This document shows positions 55,391 to 64,000 of a DNA stretch of 64,000 nt, one piece after another. The position numbers were made by a program, and so were the translations under genes. Positions within the stretch are counted from its first letter, which is position 1. Each line of letters starts with the position of its first letter. The notes under the pieces were generated by a model. That model had not been told where the DNA came from, did not search any database, and worked only from the letters and a program-made list of their open reading frames with translations. The DNA comes from Auanema rhodensis (lineage: Eukaryota; Animalia; Nematoda): NCBI GenBank assembly GCA_964057225.1, contig OZ059896.1:5766001-5830000 (forward strand), in the 5' to 3' direction.

Positions 55391-56754
55391 ATTTTTTCGA
55401 AAAATTTCAAAATAATTTAGCAAAAGTAGATGTTTTTAGATTTCTTTTTTCAAGGCAAAAACGATGGACAATGTTATTCAACGAAAAAATTAATTCTTCA
55501 GGGTGAAAATCGAGGATATAGGTGTGAACTTATATCAGTTGATATCTCGGTGCATTTTCAAGCTAGCGCAAATCTGATAACACAGATCGACGCAGCTTAA
55601 CAATCCGCATCGAATGCACTATACTACATTGAGAAAAGCTAAATACAAAAATTAGTTATGATCGTTTGAAAAATGATGCATTAGTGTATGTTGAGTTTCC
55701 ATGTACACTCAACATTGCTTCCAAAAACATTTTGACAAAAATTTTTTCGAAAAATTTCAAAATAATTTAGCAAAAAGTAGATGTTTTTAGATTCCTTTTT
55801 TCAAGGCAAAAACGATGGACAATGTTATTCAACGAAAAAATTGATTCTTCAAGGTGAAAATCGAGGATTTATGTGTGAACTTATATCAGTTGATATCTCG
55901 GTGCATTTTTAAGCTAGCGCAAATCTGATAACACAGATCGACGCAGCTTAAAAATCCGCATCGAATGCACTATACTACATTGAGAAAAGCTAAATACAAA
56001 AATTAGTTATGATCGTTTGAAAAATGATGCATTAGTGTATGTTGAGTTTCCATGTACACTCAAAATTGCTTCCAAAAACATTTTGACAAAAATTTTTTCG
56101 AAAAATTTCAGAATAATTTAGCAAAAAGTAGATGTTTTTAGATTCCTTTTTTCAAGGCAAAAACGATGGACAATGTTATTCAACGAAAAAATTGATTCTT
56201 CAAGGTGAAAATCGAGGATATAGGTGTGAACTTATATCAGTTGATATCTCGGTGCATTTTAAGCTAGCGCAAATCTGATAACACAGATCGACGCAGCTTA
56301 AAAATCCGCATCGAATGCACTATACTACATTGAGAAACGCTTAATACAAAAATTAGTTATGATCGTTTGAAAAATGATGCATTAGTGTATGTTGAGTTTC
56401 CATGTACACTCAAAATTGCTTCCAAAAACATTTTGACAAAAATTTTTTCGAAAAATTTCAGAATAATTTAGCAAAAAGTAGATGTTTTTAGATTCCTTTT
56501 TTCAAGGCAAAAACGATGGACAATGTCATTCAACGAAAAAATTAATTCTTCAGGGTGAAAATCGAGGATATAGGTGTGAACTTATATCAGTTGATATCTC
56601 GGTGCATTTTCAAGCTAGCGCAAATCTGATAACACAGATCGACGCAGCTTAAAAATCCGCATCGAATGCACTATACTACATTGAGAAAAGCTAAATACAA
56701 AAATTAGTTATGATCGTTTGAAAAATGATGCATTAGTGTATGTTGAGTTTCCAT

Positions 56755-56796
56755 GTACACTCAACATTGCTTCCAAAAACATTTTGACAAAAATTA
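56755..56796. repeat. 42-bp extra partial monomer, copy 1
   Basis: GTACACTCAACATTGCTTCCAAAAACATTTTGACAAAAATTA is followed immediately by GTACACTCAAAATTG. Confidence 0.93.
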
Positions 56797-58199
56797 GTAC
56801 ACTCAAAATTGCTTCCAAAAACATTTTGACAAAAATTTTTTCGAAAAATTTCAGAATAATTTAGCAAAAAGTAGATGTTTTTAGATTCCTTTTTTCAAGG
56901 CAAAAACGATGGACAATGTCATTCAACGAAAAAATTAATTCTTCAGGGTGAAAATCGAGGATATAGGTGTGAACTTATATCAGTTGATATCTCGGTGCAT
57001 TTTTAAGCTAGCGCAAATCTGATAACACAGATCGACGCAGCTTAAAAATCCGCATCGAATGCACTATACTACATTGAGAAACGCTTAATACAAAAATTAG
57101 TTATGATCGTTTGAAAAATGATGCATTAGTGTATGTTGAGTTTCCATGTACACTCAAAATTGCTTCCAAAAACATTTTGACAAAAATTTTTTCGAAAAAT
57201 TTCAGAATAATTTAGCAAAAAGTAGATGTTTTTAGATTCCTTTTTTCAAGGCAAAAACGATGGACAATGTCATTCAACGAAAAAATTAATTCTTCAGGGT
57301 GAAAATCGAGGATATAGGTGTGAACTTATATCAGTTGATATCTCGGTGCATTTTCAAGCTAGCGCAAATCTGATAACACAGATCGACGCAGCTTAAAAAT
57401 CCGCATCGAATGCACTATACTACATTGAGAAAAGCTAAATACAAAAATTAGTTATGATCGTTTGAAAAATGATGCATTAGTGTATGTTGAGTTTCCATGT
57501 ACACTCAAAATTGCTTCCAAAAACATTTTGACAAAAATTTTTTCGAAAAATTTCAGAATAATTTAGCAAAAAGTAGATGTTTTTAGATTCCTTTTTTCAA
57601 GGCAAAAACGATGGACAATGTTATTCAACGAAAAAATTGATTCTTCAAGGTGAAAATCGAGGATATAGGTGTGAACTTATATCAGTTGATATCTCGGTGC
57701 ATTTTAAGCTAGCGCAAATCTGATAACACAGATCGACGCAGCTTAAAAATCCGCATCGAATGCACTATACTACATTGAGAAACGCTTAATACAAAAATTA
57801 GTTATGATCGTTTGAAAAATGATGCATTAGTGTATGTTGAGTTTCCATGTACACTCAAAATTGCTTCCAAAAACATTTTGACAAAAATTTTTTCGAAAAA
57901 TTTCAGAATAATTTAGCAAAAAGTAGATGTTTTTAGATTCCTTTTTTCAAGGCAAAAACGATGGACAATGTCATTCAACGAAAAAATTAATTCTTCAGGG
58001 TGAAAATCGAGGATATAGGTGTGAACTTATATCAGTTGATATCTCGGTGCATTTTCAAGCTAGCGCAAATCTGATAACACAGATCGACGCAGCTTAAAAA
58101 TCCGCATCGAATGCACTATACTACATTGAGAAAAGCTAAATACAAAAATTAGTTATGATCGTTTGAAAAATGATGCATTAGTGTATGTTGAGTTTCCAT

Positions 58200-58241
58200 G
58201 TACACTCAACATTGCTTCCAAAAACATTTTGACAAAAATTA
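58200..58241. repeat. 42-bp extra partial monomer, copy 2
   Basis: Same sequence and junction as 56755-56796. Confidence 0.93.
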
Positions 58242-60218
58242 GTACACTCAAAATTGCTTCCAAAAACATTTTGACAAAAATTTTTTCGAAAAATTTCAGA
58301 ATAATTTAGCAAAAAGTAGATGTTTTTAGATTCCTTTTTTCAAGGCAAAAACGATGGACAATGTCATTCAACGAAAAAATTAATTCTTCAGGGTGAAAAT
58401 CGAGGATATAGGTGTGAACTTATATCAGTTGATATCTCGGTGCATTTTTAAGCTAGCGCAAATCTGATAACACAGATCGACGCAGCTTAAAAATCCGCAT
58501 CGAATGCACTATACTACATTGAGAAACGCTTAATACAAAAATTAGTTATGATCGTTTGAAAAATGATGCATTAGTGTATGTTGAGTTTCCATGTACACTC
58601 AAAATTGCTTCCAAAAACATTTTGACAAAAATTTTTTCGAAAAATTTCAGAATAATTTAGCAAAAAGTAGATGTTTTTAGATTCCTTTTTTCAAGGCAAA
58701 AACGATGGACAATGTCATTCAACGAAAAAATTAATTCTTCAGGGTGAAAATCGAGGATATAGGTGTGAACTTATATCAGTTGATATCTCGGTGCATTTTC
58801 AAGCTAGCGCAAATCTGATAACACAGATCGACGCAGCTTAAAAATCCGCATCGAATGCACTATACTACATTGAGAAAAGCTAAATACAAAAATTAGTTAT
58901 GATCGTTTGAAAAATGATGCATTAGTGTATGTTGAGTTTCCATGTACACTCAACATTGCTTCCAAAAACATTTTGACAAAAATTTTTTCGAAAAATTTCA
59001 AAATAATTTAGTAAAAAGTAGATGTTTTTAGATTCCTTTTTTCAAGGCAAAAACGATAGACAATGTTATTCAACGAAAAAATTAATTCTTCAGGGTGAAA
59101 ATCGAGGATATAAGTGTGAACTTATATCAGTTGATATCTCGGTGCATTTTTAAGCTAGCGCAAATCTGATAACACAGATCGACGCAGCTTAAAAATCCGC
59201 ATCGAATGCACTATACTACATTGAGAAACGCTTAATACAAAAATTAGTTATGATCGTTTGAAAAATGATGCATTAGTGTATGTTGAGTTTCCATGTACAC
59301 TCAAAATTGCTTCCAAAAACATTTTGACAAAAATTTTTTCGAAAAATTTCAAAATAATTTAGTAAAAAGTAGATGTTTTTAGATTCCTTTTTTCAAGGCA
59401 AAAACGATGGACAATGTTATTCAACGAAAAAATTGATTCTTCAGGGTGAAAATCGAGGATATAAGTGTGAACTTATATCAGTTGATATCTCGGTGCATTT
59501 TCAAGCTAGCGCAAATCTGATAACACAGATCGACGCAGCTTAAAAATCCGCATCGAATGCACTATACTACATTGAGAAACGCTTAATACAAAAATTAGTT
59601 ATGATCGTTTGAAAAATGATGCATTAGTGTATGTTGAGTTTCCATGTACACTCAAAATTGCTTCCAAAAACATTTTGACAAAAATTTTTTCGAAAAATTT
59701 CAGAATAATTTAGCAAAAAGTAGATGTTTTTAGATTCCTTTTTTCAAGGCAAAAACGATGGACAATGTCATTCAACGAAAAAATTAATTCTTCAGGGTGA
59801 AAATCGAGGATATAGGTGTGAACTTATATCAGTTGATATCTCGGTGCATTTTCAAGCTAGCGCAAATCTGATAACACAGATCGACGCAGCTTAAAAATCC
59901 GCATCGAATGCACTATACTACATTGAGAAAAGCTAAATACAAAAATTAGTTATGATCGTTTGAAAAATGATGCATTAGTGTATGTTGAGTTTCCATGTAC
60001 ACTCAAAATTGCTTCCAAAAACAATTTGACAAAAATTTTTTCGAAAAATTTCAGAATAATTTAGCAAAAGTAGATGTTTTTAGATTTCTTTTTTCAAGGC
60101 AAAAACGATGGACAATGTTATTCAACGAAAAAATTAATTCTTCAGGGTGAAAATCGAGGATATAAGTGTGAACTTATATCAGTTGATATCTCGGTGCATT
60201 TTTAAGCTAGCGCAAATC

Positions 60219-60228
60219 CAATCAAATC
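60219..60228. other. Deletion junction of the truncated monomer, copy 6
   Basis: Identical junction with the same flanking 1-bp deletions as copy 5. Confidence 0.93.
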
Positions 60229-63200
60229 ATTTTTTCGAAAAATTTCAAAATAATTTAGCAAAAGTAGATGTTTTTAGATTTCTTTTTTCAAGGCAAAAAC
60301 GATGGACAATGTTATTCAACGAAAAAATTAATTCTTCAGGGTGAAAATCGAGGATATAGGTGTGAACTTATATCAGTTGATATCTCGGTGCATTTTCAAG
60401 CTAGCGCAAATCTGATAACACAGATCGACGCAGCTTAAAAATCCGCATCGAATGCACTATACTACATTGAGAAAAGCTAAATACAAAAATTAGTTATGAT
60501 CGTTTGAAAAATGATGCATTAGTGTATGTTGAGTTTCCATGTACACTCAAAATTGCTTCCAAAAACATTTTGACAAAAATTTTTTCGAAAAATTTCAGAA
60601 TAATTTAGCAAAAAGTAGATGTTTTTAGATTTCTTTTTTCAAGGCAAAAACGATGGACAATGTTATTCAACGAAAAAATTAATTCTTCAGGGTGAAAATC
60701 GAGGATATAGGTGTGAACTTATATCAGTTGATATCTCGGTGCATTTTCAAGCTAGCGCAAATCTGATAACACAGATCGACGCAGCTTAAAAATCCGCATC
60801 GAATGCACTATACTACATTGAGAAAAGCTAAATACAAAAATTAGTTATGATCGTTTGAAAAATGATGCATTAGTGTATGTTGAGTTTCCATGTACACTCA
60901 AAATTGCTTCCAAAAACATTTTGACAAAAATTTTTTCGAAAAATTTCAGAATAATTTAGCAAAAAGTAGATGTTTTTAGATTCCTTTTTTCAAGGCAAAA
61001 ACGATGGACAATGTCATTCAACGAAAAAATTAATTCTTCAGGGTGAAAATCGACGATATAGGTGTGAACTTATATCAGTTGATATCTCGGTGCATTTTCA
61101 AGCTAGCGCAAATCTGATAACACAGATCGACGCAGCTTAAAAATCCGCATCGAATGCACTATACTACATTGAGAAACGCTTAATACAAAAATTAGTTATG
61201 ATCGTTTGAAAAATGATGCATTAGTGTATGTTGAGTTTCCATGTACACTCAAAATTGCTTCCAAAAACATTTTGACAAAAATTTTTTCGAAAAATTTCAG
61301 AATAATTTAGCAAAAAGTAGATGTTTTTAGATTCCTTTTTTCAAGGCAAAAACGATGGACAATGTCATTCAACGAAAAAATTAATTCTTCAGGGTGAAAA
61401 TCGAGGATATAGGTGTGAACTTATATCAGTTGATATCTCGGTGCATTTTCAAGCTAGCGCAAATCTGATAACACAGATCGACGCAGCTTAAAAATCCGCA
61501 TCGAATGCACTATACTACATTGAGAAAAGCTAAATACAAAAATTAGTTATGATCGTTTGAAAAATGATGCATTAGTGTATGTTGAGTTTCCATGTACACT
61601 CAAAATTGCTTCCAAAAACATTTTGACAAAAATTTTTTCGAAAAATTTCAGAATAATTTAGCAAAAAGTAGATGTTTTTAGATTCCTTTTTTCAAGGCAA
61701 AAACGATGGACAATGTCATTCAACGAAAAAATTAATTCTTCAGGGTGAAAATCGAGGATATAGGTGTGAACTTATATCAGTTGATATCTCGGTGCATTTT
61801 CAAGCTAGCGCAAATCTGATAACACAGATCGACGCAGCTTAAAAATCCGCATCGAATGCACTATACTACATTGAGAAAAGCTAAATACAAAAATTAGTTA
61901 TGATCGTTTGAAAAATGATGCATTAGTGTATGTTGAGTTTCCATGTACACTCAAAATTGCTTCCAAAAACATTTTGACAAAAATTTTTTCGAAAAATTTC
62001 AAAATAATTTAGTAAAAAGTAGATGTTTTTAGATTCCTTTTTTCAAGGCAAAAACGATGGACAATGTTATTCAACGAAAAAATTGATTCTTCAGGGTGAA
62101 AATCGAGGATATAAGTGTGAACTTATATCAGTTGATATCTCGGTGCATTTTTAAGCTAGCGCAAATCTGATAACACAGATCGACGCAGCTTAAAAATCCG
62201 CATCGAATGCACTATACTACATTGAGAAAAGCTAAATACAAAAATTAGTTATGATCGTTTGAAAAATGATGCATTAGTGTATGTTGAGTTTCCATGTACA
62301 CTCAAAATTGCTTCCAAAAACATTTTGACAAAAATTTTTTCGAAAAATTTCAGAATAATTTAGCAAAAAGTAGATGTTTTTAGATTCCTTTTTTCAAGGC
62401 AAAAACGATGGACAATGTCATTCAACGAAAAAATTAATTCTTCAGGGTGAAAATCGAGGATATATGTGTGAACTTATATCAGTTGATATCTCGGTGCATT
62501 TTCAAGCTAGCGCAAATCTGATAACACAGATCGACGCAGCTTAAAAATCCGCATCGAATGCACTATACTACATTGAGAAAAGCTAAATACAAAAATTAGT
62601 TATGATCGTTTGAAAAATGATGCATTAGTGTATGTTGAGTTTCCATGTACACTCAAAATTGCTTCCAAAAACATTTTGACAAAAATTTTTTCGAAAAATT
62701 TCAGAATAATTTAGCAAAAAGTAGATGTTTTTAGATTCCTTTTTTCAAGACAAAAACGATGGACAATGTCATTCAACGAAAAAATTAATTCTTCAGGGTG
62801 AAAATCGAGGATATAGGTGTGAACTTATATCAGTTGATATCTCGGTGCATTTTCAAGCTAGCGCAAATCTGATAACACAGATCGACGCAGCTTAAAAATC
62901 CGCATCGAATGCACTATACTACATTGAGAAAAGCTAAATACAAAAATTAGTTATGATCGTTTGAAAAATGATGCATTAGTGTATGTTGAGTTTCCATGTA
63001 CACTCAAAATTGCTTCCAAAAACATTTTGACAAAAATTTTTTCGAAAAATTTCAGAATAATTTAGCAAAAAGTAGATGTTTTTAGATTCCTTTTTTCAAG
63101 GCAAAAACGATGGACAATGTCATTCAACGAAAAAATTAATTCTTCAGGGTGAAAATCGAGGATATAGGTGTGAACTTATATCAGTTGATATCTCGGTGCA

Positions 63201-64000
63201 TTTTTAAGCTAGCGCAAATCTGATAACACAGATCGACGCAGCTTAAAAATCCGCATCGAATGCACTATACTACATTGAGAAACGCTTAATACAAAAATTA
63301 GTTATGATCGTTTGAAAAATGATGCATTAGTGTATGTTGAGTTTCCATGTACACTCAAAATTGCTTCCAAAAACATTTTGACAAAAATTTTTTCGAAAAA
63401 TTTCAGAATAATTTAGCAAAAAGTAGATGTTTTTAGATTCCTTTTTTCAAGGCAAAAACGATGGACAATGTTATTCAACGAAAAAATTGATTCTTCAAGG
63501 TGAAAATCGAGGATATAGGTGTGAACTTATATCAGTTGATATCTCGGTGCATTTTTAAGCTAGCGCAAATCTGATAACACAGATCGACGCAGCTTAAAAA
63601 TCCGCATCGAATGCACTATACTACATTGAGAAACGCTTAATACAAAAATTAGTTATGATCGTTTGAAAAATGATGCATTAGTGTATGTTGAGTTTCCATG
63701 TACACTCAAAATTGCTTCCAAAAACATTTTGACAAAAATTTTTTCGAAAAATTTCAGAATAATTTAGCAAAAAGTAGATGTTTTTAGATTCCTTTTTTCA
63801 AGGCAAAAACGATGGACAATGTTATTCAACGAAAAAATTAATTCTTCAGGGTGAAAATCGAGGATATAGGTGTGAACTTATATCAGTTGATATCTCGGTG
63901 CATTTTTAAGCTAGCGCAAATCTGATAACACAGATCGACGCAGCTTAAAAATCCGCATCGAATGCACTATACTACATTGAGAAAAGCTAAATACAAAAAT

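Larger units (their letters stand above)
55911..58953. repeat. 1445-bp tandem duplication (4 monomers plus a 42-bp remnant, minus 1 bp), about 2.1 copies
   Basis: The extra GTACACTC starts at 56797 and 58242. The 1-bp-deleted CATTTTAAG has its AAG at 56261 and 57706. Both markers are at lag 1445. Confidence 0.9.
4216..64000. repeat. 350/351-bp tandem satellite array (about 170-173 monomers, head-to-tail, one orientation; continues off the right edge)
   Basis: The unit CACTCAA(C/A)ATTGCTTCCAAAAAC...GTTGAGTTTCCATGTA repeats throughout. ORF-track starts (10489, 10840, 11191, 11542) step by 351. The 350-bp units mostly lack one base in a homopolymer run. Confidence 0.99.

Noticed and set aside
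55309-60344. Two 65-aa ORFs
   Set aside because: They are created by the deletion junction plus a 1-bp deletion, start at GTG, and consist entirely of satellite sequence.
1-64000. CRISPR array
   Set aside because: There are no unique spacers, whole units are repeated, and no cas genes are present.
1-64000. tRNA, 5S rRNA, spliced-leader or snRNA tandem gene arrays
   Set aside because: I recognised no cloverleaf, Pol III A/B/C boxes or conserved RNA sequence in either monomer. An Rfam/Infernal scan would be the formal test.
1-64000. Assignment to a named satellite family or species
   Set aside because: Monomer lengths resemble several known plant and invertebrate satellites, but I do not recognise the sequences and length alone is not evidence.
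4216-64000. Transposon insertions or strand inversions within the array
   Set aside because: None seen. All monomers are in the same orientation, and the only non-monomer sequence is the 10-bp junction insert.

Overview
This window is entirely AT-rich tandem satellite DNA and looks like eukaryotic (peri)centromeric heterochromatin. I find no credible genes, RNA genes, CRISPR arrays or transposons. Positions 1-4215 hold about 24 copies of an indel-free 176-bp monomer rich in palindromes and CACGTG boxes. At 4215/4216 this switches abruptly to a 350/351-bp monomer array of about 170-173 units that runs off the window end. The 351-bp monomer carries several inverted repeats, including a 67-nt hairpin with about 26 paired positions. 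The array shows zoned sequence variants and local higher-order repeats of variable period (2-8 monomers). It also contains six dispersed copies of one 195-bp deletion monomer with a locally templated 10-bp insert, two copies of a 42-bp remnant inside a 1445-bp duplication, and a rare-variant haplotype repeated about 26 kb apart. All ORFs in the supplied track are incidental readings of the satellite. I cannot identify the organism or the satellite families from sequence alone.
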